Below the pieces are notes generated by a model. That model was not told the DNA's origin. It did not search any database and saw nothing but the letters and a program-made list of their open reading frames with translations. Source: Chrysomallon squamiferum (taxonomy: Eukaryota > Animalia > Mollusca). Taken from it: a stretch of DNA of 64,000 nucleotides. Position 1 is the stretch's first letter; the number at the start of each line of letters is the position of its first letter. The stretch covers positions 30,194,001 to 30,258,000 of the forward strand of contig CM022679.1 of assembly GCA_012295275.1 (NCBI GenBank). The letters run 5' to 3'. The translations under genes were made by a program, and so were the position numbers. Below are positions 1 to 12,238 of the stretch, piece after piece.

Positions 1-69
1 ATAACTTTCACATCAGTAACATTGCAAGCATTCTAACTATTCAATGAGTGTTTTTACTACGTCTTGCAG

Positions 70-286
70 GCTGGTGGAGGAATGCGGGGAGATCACGGAA
101 ACTGTCGAGTATCTACAGGGCAAGCTCCGCCAATCAGAGAACGCCTTACAGGAACTGCTGCACACGAAATCATCCTTGGAGCACGATCTGGCCATCAAGA
201 ACAACAGTCTTTTCATCGACAGGGAGAAGTGCATGGGCATGCGCAAAACCTTCCCCATGTCCCCAAGAGTTGTCTGCCTTGTGTAA
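70..286 (+). CDS. TEKT3: Tektin (tektin-3-like), terminal coding exon; the gene starts upstream of the window
   Basis: Acceptor ttgcag|70, stop TAA 284-286. LVEECGEITETVEYLQGKLRQSENALQELLHTKSSLEHDLAIKNNSLFIDREKCMGMRKTFP fits the tektin C-terminal signature (LExDLAxKxNSLxIDxEKCMxMRKxxP). Paralog assignment is from memory. Confidence 0.85.
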
Positions 287-2535
287 TGTGCCCAGTCGGA
301 GAAGTTCTGCCAGATACTTAGTATTAAAAATTAACGATAAAAAAGAAGAAATTACGAAGTAACCCAACAAAGAAGAAATTGAATAATATTTGTGTAATTT
401 TTGTTGATGTTTTACATTTCCTGTTTTTTTTTTTTTTTTTATTATTATTATTAATATATATTTTTTATTATTATTACTATTATGATTATTTTTGAACAAT
501 TTAATAAATTTTCACAGCATTCCTGAACAAAACAGTATTATGCATGAACAGCTAAAGTGATTTGGAAATATTTCATGCCTAATCAACAGTATTTCATCCA
601 AGTCATTTAGTTGTAGTTGTTGCCTCGGATACATTTATATGTCTTTGAATTTTTTTTTTAACAACAATATTATTATTATTATTTCTATTTAGCCTTTATC
701 TTATATAAACTGGGTTTGTTGCACATTCTTACAATACTAACAAACGATCTACACAGCCATGTGCCAAGTGAAAAAGTTTTTAACACATGAAAACATATAT
801 ATATATATATATATTTATTTTTTAAAAACTATTTTCATTTACGAAGATCGTTTTATGAGTATTTTTTATTCAGCTAAAGTAGTGATACATTTTGAAAAAT
901 ATTTCCACCATGTATTTGATATACTGAAATATTTTTATGCTAGTTTTAGATAAATATTTTACTGTTTACTTGAAGAAAAGTGTCAGTTTTCTTTTTTTCT
1001 ACAATAGAATATATATATACCTTTTTTTTTTTTTTTTTTTTACTAGCTCTGTAAATTAGAGTGACCTTCTACATTAGTTTGTTGTTGTTGTTTTTATTAA
1101 AATTAATATAGCCGCAGAATAATTTCGTTTTCGTTTTGTTGATGTACATAAAATATTTATTAATATTATATATATATATATATACTGGCTTGTATATTTG
1201 AGCTCACAAACGATCTGTGATAATTTCTTTTGTTTTATATGCTGTCCTGCACCTTCCTCTAGCAGTTTTCTTCTTTTTGTACGAGTGTCAATAGTTTTAG
1301 CGTGTGCTCACCTCTCTACTACAATCCTTCACCATTTTGCACTAAATTTCACATTCTTTATTTTACGAGACCATCTTGCAATAAAACATTTAAATGCAGA
1401 TATTAAAGTCTTTGTTTTAATTTTGTTTTTCAATACGTATGTGTGTGTGTTTTTATGTTTTGTGTGTGTGTCTAATATAGACACACATAGTGACGTTGGC
1501 TGAGAAAATATAAAGCTAACATTTATTAGGGTGTTTTATTATATTATATATATTCATACATCCATCCATTCATCAAACCATATATATGTATATACATATA
1601 CACACCAAAATCAAAATCAAAATAACGCGACACCTATAAGTGAGATTGTTTGAGGGGGTGTGTGTTTGTGTTTGTGTGCGTGCATGTGTGTGTGTGTGTG
1701 TTTCTATAAGCCAAGCTGGTCAGTTGCCCTAGATCAACTAAAGGCCTAAAGGCTCATGCAATCATCCCCGCATGCTATAACTTGGTGTCAATGTATGTTT
1801 CGTGCTTATGTATGTACAGACCACAGTGGTAGGCTGTAAAATGACCCTGCTACGTGAATTCACAATCTTTGTTCTTACTGCAGCAATAAGAACTACTTGC
1901 TGAATTACACCTGCGAGAACTACGTCAGTTCGTGTCTCACAAACATACACTTTAAATACAACGCCGTTCAATTCATCGAGCTATGATATTCGAGCGCTGT
2001 TATCTCAGTCTGCTCTTTCAATCGCCTAGCGAACATAATAATAAAAAAAAAAATCTTATTGTTATTAATTTTTTTTTAATTATTATTATTTTTTTTTTTT
2101 TTTTTACCCATGTTTTACCCTCAACAGCACCGATAAAAAAAAAAAAAAAAAAATTTGTTTTATTTATGAAACAAACTGGGAAGTTTTATGATTTGTTTCA
2201 ATACATTTTTATCACTGTACGACGATGAAGACTACTAAGATGGATAAAGATTTAGTAATATAAGTGGTTGATATTTACTAATATCATTATATAAACGAAA
2301 TCTGTTCATAAAGCTCACATGAAGCAGATATTTTGATTATTAATAAAAGAGCACTAACAAGACTGGACATGTCAACACTAGTTACAAAAAAAATTTTTTT
2401 TTTAAATAAATAAATGTTTAGCTTATGAGGGTTTTCTTTGGACTGAACAGTTTAACATTATAAAAAAAATTAGTAGCAATAATAAACTAAAATATAAAAG
2501 TATAAAGAATTTCTCTAGACATCTAGACACATATG

Positions 2536-2575
<40 letters not shown>

Positions 2576-4726
2576 TGTGGACGCGTGTGTGTAGGTTTTC
2601 GTTGCATTAGGCTTTTATCTCTGGATGTTTCATGTACGATATATAACCATCATAGTAACATAAGAAGTACTTAAATTCCATATAATTAAACTTTCGAATT
2701 AAAACAAAATACAGAAATAAATTTATATATTTAATGGACTTTTCTCATTTTTAAATTGTCTTTTTATGTTGATTCTTTGAATTCTAATGCACTAGGTACG
2801 GCTTACTGCGTAGTTTGTAAAAATAGGAGATACCAAAATTTTAATTTTTAGTAGTTGTTCATGAATATATTCTCATAATTAAAAGCCGAAGACCAGTTTA
2901 ACATTTCACCATTCTTTTCACCGAACGTCAAGAGAATGCAAATTTATAAGGGACTCAGTCTTTAAATGTAATTTGTTACAACACTTTAGTGTACGATATT
3001 TTACGAAACGAACTTCTAGCAGTAATCTCTCAAATAAGTTACATGGCATTGCTATGTTTTTTGTTACAAATAAGGCAAAGCTAATAGTCAACTCAGTCTT
3101 TTAGCATCATTTGACAAACCCGAGCGCTCTAGAAATGCATATACGAACTTTGAAATATCGGTTATCTTATCAAAATACATTAGTGGGCATTAACATCACT
3201 TTGTCAACAGTGTAAAAAAAAAAAGCTATTTACGGAAAATGAAACTTTTCTGCAGGCTGATTGGGAAATCAATTAATACAAATCATTTTCCAATATTTAA
3301 ATTTTTAACAGGACTGCATTTATTATATATCATTTGGATTGACCAAATAAAAAAAAAAGTAAAAAAAGCATTCCCAGTTCTAATGTATGAATGTCATTTC
3401 ATTTATATATAAAAATCTTTAAAAATCATTAATATATGTGTCAGTTCATCTCAGTTTAGTTTTTTTTTTTTCCCTCAGTTCTAAACATTTCTTTTAAAAA
3501 AAACTTAACACTGGTAATTAATCAGAGTATACCAGATCATCACAACTGGTTTAAAGACTCGATTTCACCAGTATGGATCTTTCTGATGGGGATGGACATA
3601 CCATGGGATCTGGTAAAGTTGTAAGCCTGGAGCTAGAACAGGTCCAAAATAAGCACAAAGGGCTCATCTTTCAACTATTCATACTCTGAGTCAGTTTAGG
3701 TCCAGATATCACTCCCTGTAATGCTTGGTCTCAAGTTTTGATCTTAAGTTATCAAATGCCCTTTACATAGCAAATCGAATCCAGTTTTATTAGTTATCAA
3801 ATATGAAACCAGAAAACCAGATTATTTGAAGGTTTCAAAGTTTTGAAAGTCCTGTGGGCCAATTTTTGGCTCCATTTCTATTCAAAATGTTTATACAATC
3901 AAGTAGCTAGACACCAATTACTAGGGTGTATTTAATCAGTCTACAAGTTTGAATTCGCTTTCTCCAGTGTAATTGGTGACCAATATTTTATCTGTTAGAC
4001 AATGTACTATACATATTTATTAACTGATTTATTAATTTATTATCCTTTGAAAATAGAAATATGTTAAATACTAGTAATGAATTCCGGGATACTGAGATAC
4101 CTCCTTTATGCAGAAGATAAATGTTAAAATTAGTAAAAACTTAAAAACCACACAAAAATTACACGAATACTACATCTTTGTGACATTTATTTTTACAATA
4201 TTGAAAAAAAAATCTGGCTTGCAATACACATGCAATCCCAAGACTACTCTTACAGTTCACAAAGATAACTCATTACAAAATATTTTGTTTACTAATACAT
4301 ATTATAACTTAATGTATAACCAAATTCTGGTAGCTATTAAGTTAACAATTACTATAATATACAAGATATCAAAAATAATTTAAAAATTGAAACACTTAAC
4401 AACAATTTCCGATAGATTCTGTTTAATCTTTTTTTTTTTTTACAAGTCATCCAGCTGTACAGTTATTTGCTATAAAATGCCAAAAGAAAAAAAATTTGTA
4501 TAAATCAATGCAATGGTATATTCAGTGTAGAATAGTAAGTCAATGTCACACAGCCTATAATCTTCTTCAAAATTGCTAAAATACTCAAAATCAGGACACC
4601 ACACTATTCTTTAAAAAAAAAAAAAAAAAAAAAAGTCATTTCATCTGTCAACATTTCTTTTCAACAAAACCCATCATTTCATCAGAATCGAAAAAAAATC
4701 ATTTTGTGCCTAAAATGCTGCCATCT

Positions 4727-5647
4727 TTATTTAAGGAGTGAAACCCTCCATTTAATGTAGTACTCCTTGAACTTGTCAAAGCCAGCCAGTACACCTGCAC
4801 CAGCGACACCTCTCAGGATGTTGGCGCCTGCTCCCTTCATCAAAGACATGAAGCCCTCGTGTTTGAGAATCTGGATCGTACAGTCAATGGATCCCTTGTA
4901 TTTGACAGCCTCACCGGAAGTCATCATCATTCTTCTTCTTATGGTGTCGATGGGGTAGGAGACCAGACCAGAGCTGATGGTCACTATGTAGCCAAGAGCG
5001 AAGGATGTTGCCAAACCTGCATTATCGCCCAGAACCAGGGGTTTGATGGTATCGTAGAAGCCGAAGTAGCAGCCTCTGTAGACAACGATACCGACACAAG
5101 AAATGACGAATCCTCTGTAAAGACCGACGATTCCGTCAGACTTGAGGGTTTGGCGGTAAACGTCTATCATGCCGTTGAACTGTCGTTCACTCTTTCCTTT
5201 GCCGGCAGATTTAGCATCGTTTGCCAAGCGGGTTCGGGCATAGTCGAGGGAGTAGACGAAGACGAGGGACATGGCACCAGCCAGTCCACCAGAGCCAACG
5301 TTCTTTCCAAAGCCGACCATGTAGCTGTCTTTCTTGCTAGACTTGAAAACGACTTTAATTTTGTCCTTGAAGGCAAAGTTCAAAGCCTGTGTTGGGAAGT
5401 ACCTGAGGCAGTTGGCAAGGTTACCACGCCAGAAAGGAAGAATACCCTCCGTTTTAAATGTGCGTACAGTACAGTCTATAACACCCTTGTATGGCTCAGA
5501 TAAACGTCCTGCCTTCATCATCTCATTCTGATTCTGTACGAGCAGCTTCACTCGCTCTATGGGTGCAGCAGCAGTCTTTGAAATGACAGCTGCAGCTCCA
5601 CTGAGAGCAAAATTTTCTACAAACCCAAGTTTAACTTTATCGGACAT
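4727..5647 (-). CDS. Mitochondrial ADP/ATP carrier (AAC/ANT, SLC25 family), 306 aa, single coding exon
   Basis: [22 protein letters not shown] and the RRRMMM AAC signature. ATG at 5647 directly follows a polypyrimidine acceptor (tttttcag|ATG), so the ORF-track start at 5704 is intronic. Confidence 0.95.
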   Translation of the reverse strand: MSDKVKLGFVENFALSGAAAVISKTAAAPIERVKLLVQNQNEMMKAGRLSEPYKGVIDCTVRTFKTEGILPFWRGNLANCLRYFPTQALNFAFKDKIKVVFKSSKKDSYMVGFGKNVGSGGLAGAMSLVFVYSLDYARTRLANDAKSAGKGKSERQFNGMIDVYRQTLKSDGIVGLYRGFVISCVGIVVYRGCYFGFYDTIKPLVLGDNAGLATSFALGYIVTISSGLVSYPIDTIRRRMMMTSGEAVKYKGSIDCTIQILKHEGFMSLMKGAGANILRGVAGAGVLAGFDKFKEYYIKWRVSLLK

Positions 5648-7141
5648 CTGAAAAATAAAATGTAATGAATAAGACACGTTACACAAGAAATATTTTGCAA
5701 ACAAACCAACTATTCCACCTGAACTTTATCCTAACATTAAATTTATTCTGCATTATTTCACTTGTGACTAAATCCAGCAATGTCCAGATCATAAAGTCAG
5801 CCTGATATATTACTCATTAAAATTCTAAATATTATTCAATTTACCTTAGAAAATATATAAAGAGAATATGCGCATATAAATTGTAGGCGTTTTTAAATTT
5901 TCATCATAATGACCTTGCTTATCCAGAAATCATTTGTCCAGTTATTAAATTAACCAAAAATAAAAACAAGTGCAAAACTACTGCAGCTGCCTGACCTATG
6001 ACATTTAGTAGACTGATTTTAATCCTCCACAGTAATGATTTATGTAACCATGTTTTCTAAATTTTCCATGTGATAACCACAAATGGTAAACAATGAAAAT
6101 ATGACACTGCAGATTTGGCTTTTATAGCACTGAACGGACTTCTTGAAACACTGTATTGATTATAATGAAGATGGGTTCCATTTAATTCTAGAAATATTTT
6201 TAAAAGGTGTAAACATTCATTATCGTTTTGGTCCTATAAAATGCACTATAATTTAGTATGCTGGCTTTTTCTTTGTTCTTATAATTTAACCAACATTTGT
6301 TAAAACCAAACCAGCCATCAACCACTGAAATGATGTATCTATGCATTTTATTGCAAGATGAAATAGTGACATGATTTTGGTCAAAATATACCAAAAATAT
6401 CTGGTGGGCTAAGAACTGGAATGTATTGGGAAAATAAAGTGGGGGCATTTCAATTCTTCACTTTCTTCTGGTATAAAGTTGAACAATACTTAAAAATCCA
6501 AAGCTTCTAGTCGGTGCTATTCTAACCAGGGTTTTAATATGCTCAACTGTTCTTTTTCTTTTCTTTTCTTTTTTCTTAACAACCTTTGTTACTAGTAACT
6601 GAATATACTATAGACCGTGTAGTATATAAAAACATGAAAACGTTCTACCTTCAGCTGTTTGACATTAAGTTAATAAACAATACATTTCTACGTTTTAAAA
6701 TGATATGCACTTCATTTCGCTTGTTGTTTGTTTTATTTACAGTGATACCTACTAATTTTCAGTCAACTGCGTTTTAAGTCAGGTTCACATAAATTCCTAA
6801 ATCGAAATGCCCTTGGAACAACCGCACACATTTTTCAACTCAAAACGCTCAATTAAAAACCTGCTAAAATTTATCACACTATCTGAATATATACTTTGCA
6901 TTAAAAGTCCTTTATGACTAATGATTATTTCACCATTCATCACTTAATTATCAACAACTGTAACGAAAAAATGTTGACGGCTACTTCGACCTTTGTAAAT
7001 CAAAGTGTTGGAAAGCATGCCACGACCGGCATGAAATGCCCATAAGAGATTTCACGTTAATCTAAACTTAACAGAATAATAAACAGCCAAGTCTACAGAT
7101 ATATAAAAATATAGAGTTAATAAATAAAAAAATGATCTTAC

Positions 7142-7250
7142 TGTTGATGCTGGCAAAACGAATGCTGCCCAAGTGGCAAATGAAAAGAGAACAGAACCGG
7201 CCTATTCGCTAACAGAATGGAAAAGGCCTCGTGTTTGACGTCACCTATAA
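7142..7250 (-). promoter_or_regulatory. Probable non-coding first exon and promoter of the AAC gene
   Basis: Minus-strand donor aca|GTAAGA at 7141, pyrimidine-rich initiator-like tract near 7180-7195, palindromic CRE TGACGTCA at 7236-7243, locally CpG-richer. Confidence 0.55.
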
Positions 7251-7993
7251 ACCCCCGGATGAAAATGCTACTGAGCATGCTCAGCGCACCTGCTAAAGCC
7301 ATAGACATATCTTCGGATAATTCCGGAAGGATAATCGTAACGATTTGCAGTTTTCCGAGATAGTCCGAAAAAGGAACGGAAAAAAGACCTTTGTGCACTT
7401 AATAAGAATACATTTATGAAAAGCTATATGAACGAGATAAGCACATTCTTATAAAAATAAAAATAATAACAACATATATAGCAAATATTTTTCATTTTGG
7501 GATAGTTAAACAAAGCAAGTGGCAGCAAATACAATATTGTTTCTTAGTCATGCGTGTAGATATCAAGATTAATATTCACCGTTTCGGAGAATGCGTGTAC
7601 AGTGGGCTATGATAACGAAAAAGCGCGCGCTATGATTGTTGGTTAGTTCCAGTTTGTGTTTTCCTGTATGTCGGTATGTCGGTATCTACTAATTAATTAA
7701 TTATTCAGTGCATCGGTCCTAAATATCATAAAGAAACAATATTCATAGGCGTTTTCTATACTACTTTATCATCAAAATAAACCAAGAGAAAAAAATGTTG
7801 GATACTAAATAATCAGTAATAAATAAAGTGTAAAAAATGAAGCAGATATGTATCTATTTATTCGAGTATCAATTAAAAAAGTTTTTCTATCTGGTTTTGG
7901 ATATCTACTAATACTATTAGTACTTCTCTATTATGCTACTTTTTTCTTCTTGTATTTTGTAGTAATGTAATGTGCGATTTATATAAAAACGTG

Positions 7994-7995
<2 letters not shown>

Positions 7996-8054
<59 letters not shown>
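7996..8054. repeat. (AG)n microsatellite
   Basis: Seen directly. Confidence 0.95.
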
Positions 8055-8058
<4 letters not shown>

Positions 8059-8693
8059 TCAGATACAAATATGTTTGCACATATTTATTTTTATTTTGCA
8101 TATTACTGTTATCTAATGCATTCAATATATTTTTAAAACGAAATCGTTAGGACATTTATCGTGTTATAGAACTTTAATAATCTTAAGCCGATTAAGACTT
8201 GTATCAGAACGTTTCCAGTGTTGCACAATGAATGTTTTCTCCACTACAGGCAATTCAATAGAAATAATACTGATATTATTTCAAGTGAGTATAACAGAGT
8301 TAAAAGCTCGCTGCCCGACACGCACACACACACGAACGCACACACACACACACACACACATTTACGTATGTATGTATATAATAAAATTATTTCAACGCAC
8401 TGACTTCGTGTTTACATGACCTTAGGTGAACTATATTGTTGCTCACCTGTTTCTGCCAGCATGAGTATACAGCAACTGGAAAAAAAAAAAAATTAATAAT
8501 AGTAAACAAATGAAATGAAATGAAATGAAGTAAAGTAAAGTAAAGTAAAGTAAAGTAAAGTAAAGTAAAGTAAAGTAAAGTATCCCAAACTAATAATAAT
8601 AATAATAATAATAATAACAGTAGTAGTAGTTAATAATAATAATAATAATAATAAATAAAGGGCACTTGACTATTAGTATATTTATATATATAT

Positions 8694-8734
<41 letters not shown>

Positions 8735-8780
8735 TGGGCATGGTTTTGAGAGAAAGGGAGGTGCATCATGGGCATGGTTT

Positions 8781-9133
<353 letters not shown>

Positions 9134-9441
9134 GGGTGTTTTGTCTGTGAGTGTGCCTCAGTTATAATTATTCCAGAAGACATAATGATTATAATAATAT
9201 CGTGTTATCCCTCTAGTCTAGTTTAGCACCACCGTGCTCCATGGCAAGGAACGCGCATGACAGGTGGCAGAAATTAGTTCAGGAGGGTTAGAAATGTTTG
9301 CCTTGTTAAATAGAGCGCAGTTTTGTATACATTCTGACCCTCGCCAGTTCGTGTGTCCGTATATGAAGAGTTAGGATGAAAAAAAGAGGAGAAAAAAAAA
9401 TATATACACACACACACACAGACATACAGACACACATACAA

Positions 9442-9474
<33 letters not shown>

Positions 9475-11073
9475 CGTACTGTTTTATATGTATGTATACA
9501 CTCACACATACTTATATATAAATATATAACACTGCTACTGTTACTTCTTCTACTTCTGCTACAACAACAACAATTACTACTACTACTAGTAGTAGTAATA
9601 ATCACATTAGTAGTAGTAATAATCTTCGAGTTCGAATTAACAGAATGGTGTGTTATAGAAGTTATATTATGTAAAAAAACAGAGCAGATATTCGTGACAC
9701 AGGAATTAGATTTATTTCAAAGATAAATTACAGCGTAGCCTGTTTCTGGTTCAAGGACGCTTAGAGTGGCACATATCCATTACGAATGTTAGGTGTATAT
9801 GACGCTGAATCTATTTCGTGGGCTCCGCTAAAGAAGAATTGTTTTATTTTGCAATATAATAACACGTTTACAGATCTGTGATCATAGATAAAGATAATTA
9901 ATTACCTAGCCGAAAAGAAATCAGCTATAAAAGAGTTGCTCTTTTTCTATTTTATTCCGAAACACATAACAGCACAAAAACTGGCCCTTTATAAACAATG
10001 GGGTACCATTTAGTAGTAACACTGTAACATTGAGAGAGGATGTGCGTAGCATATATGTAACCTCATATCCGTACATACATACGTATTCATATATACAAAA
10101 AATACAAACTTAAAGATATATATATACACACATCATATAATTTTCTGACAAGGGAAATTCATAACATTAGTGTAAAGGGTGTAAAATACATTTATATCTG
10201 CTTAACTTAATTACGCTATTAATGCTTTTGTGTTGCTTTTTACAAGCTATCTGACCATCTATAATTTTTTTTATAAATAATCTTAAAACTGTAGGCCTAT
10301 ATGCAATGCATTACGTTGTACTTCTTGTACGATTTAACTTTAAGCATTCTCCCTACACATATGCAGACGTCCTAGGCCTAAGGGTTAACAAATAAGTGAA
10401 CATTTCGTAAGAAACACGTTTTTAAATTACGCCATTTAGATTGCTGTGGCCAGTAACTTCCCTGTCTAATTCGCCGCCAACCCCCCCCCACTCCAAAAAA
10501 CCGTCATTGATTTTTGATACATCGCTTGATTTCAGAAAGATGTTACGTAATTTGCCTTGAAGTCATTAGCAACCATTGTGAGAAATCTACCATGCTCCCA
10601 GGTGTTCGTAATATTACTGGGTGAGATTTGTAAATCACGGTCAGCCTAAGGATTATCCACATAAATTATACGGTGTCAGAAGTCTAAAAAAAAAAAAATT
10701 ATTATTCATATTCATATTCATATTCATATTCATATTCATATTATTATTATTGTCATTATTATAAGCAAAAGAAATAATATACTGTTATAGTTGTAATGCT
10801 AAATTTTCTTCTGAAGTAAAAATATATTTTACGATATATGCAGTTTATTGTTATTAGTATTGCTGTTGTTGTTGTTTTGTTTTGTGCAAAACTGTTATTA
10901 ATTTACTTTTTATTTTTTTTTATTTAGCTCGTCATTATGACCATGCATTTTTTCCAGATAGAAAGAAAACAAAAGAAAGATATGAAAAAAAAAAGAAAAA
11001 AAACTTGGCTATTTTATTTGATTGTTGTAATTGCGGATAATTATGCACTCTTGTATGTTTGTACCTTTAAACC

Positions 11074-11109
<36 letters not shown>

Positions 11110-11620
11110 TAAAAAATTATAATCTTTTAAGCCTTTAGTTTGATTTCTAAAGAAGCCGGCATGGCTGATTACTTGATACCACGTCCCCTTGTTAAACTGT
11201 CACGTAAGTGTGACCGTTAGTCCGTGACGTTAAATGGATTATATAATACAGATAAGGAAAAACAGCTTTTTCTCTGTTTCTGTCTCTTTTTAATTAAATT
11301 GTGTGAAGGCGCAATAAGCTTTTAATTAAATGTCCGAAGTAATGAGTAAATATAGTTTAAATGCTCGCTCGTGATTTTGATGAACAGTGAATTTTATTTT
11401 AATGTTTTAAATAATCTTTAAAAAAATTATTATTTATTTATATTTATTTATGAGATTTATTATTTTATTTTATTAATTTCTTTACGTTTTTCATCCCAGC
11501 ATGCCTTTTACTAAATGTTATTCTGTTTTCATTTTATTATTGGTAGTAATATTAATAAATTAATAGTAATAATATTTCAACTAAAGTTATTTCATACATG
11601 AATAAAGTAACACTATTTAA

Positions 11621-11651
<31 letters not shown>

Positions 11652-11799
11652 GAATAAGACGGATATGACGGCAGCACCTTACTTTTGTAAACTTTAATCA
11701 TATTAATTCATACTTATATATAAAATATCGTGGAAGTAAGGTAACGCATTCACGCACGCACACACAGCCCCACATTAAACAGCATACCCAAGCGAGTGA

Positions 11800-11942
11800 A
11801 CTATAGCATTAATTAGAGTTATCTCTCTTCCCGGTGAGGTCTCTGGCATCGGCCGCACCAAACATCCTTTTTCACCAGCACGTGGAGCAGACAATCTGTC
11901 TCCTATTTTCACTTCGTCAGAAGTGAAATAAATCAACCAAAT
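11800..11942 (+). promoter_or_regulatory. DDX21 promoter/5'UTR with a canonical E-box
   Basis: GC-richer island just before the ATG; CACGTG at 11879-11884. Myc-type E-boxes are typical of ribosome-biogenesis genes. Confidence 0.5.
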
Positions 11943-12205
11943 ATGAGGCTTTCTATAGAAGAAACAAATTCAACATCGGAAGAAAAGGTTTTAATTTCAT
12001 TTCTTTCATTTAAAAAGTTCAAAATCATCACATTTATTTTGAATTATAATATTTAATACCGAGGTCCTTGTTGAAAACGAGAAAACAAAATATTTCCGTC
12101 TTCAGATTCAGATTGCGCAAGAAACTGAATAATGAAATACTGCTGAAACTAATACTTTTAGCAAGTCCATTTCAGTTTGTGGTGAACATCCACTTATTTA
12201 AATGG

Positions 12206-12238
<33 letters not shown>

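Noticed and set aside
4859-5503. 214-aa plus-strand ORF
   Set aside because: Antisense shadow of the AAC CDS.
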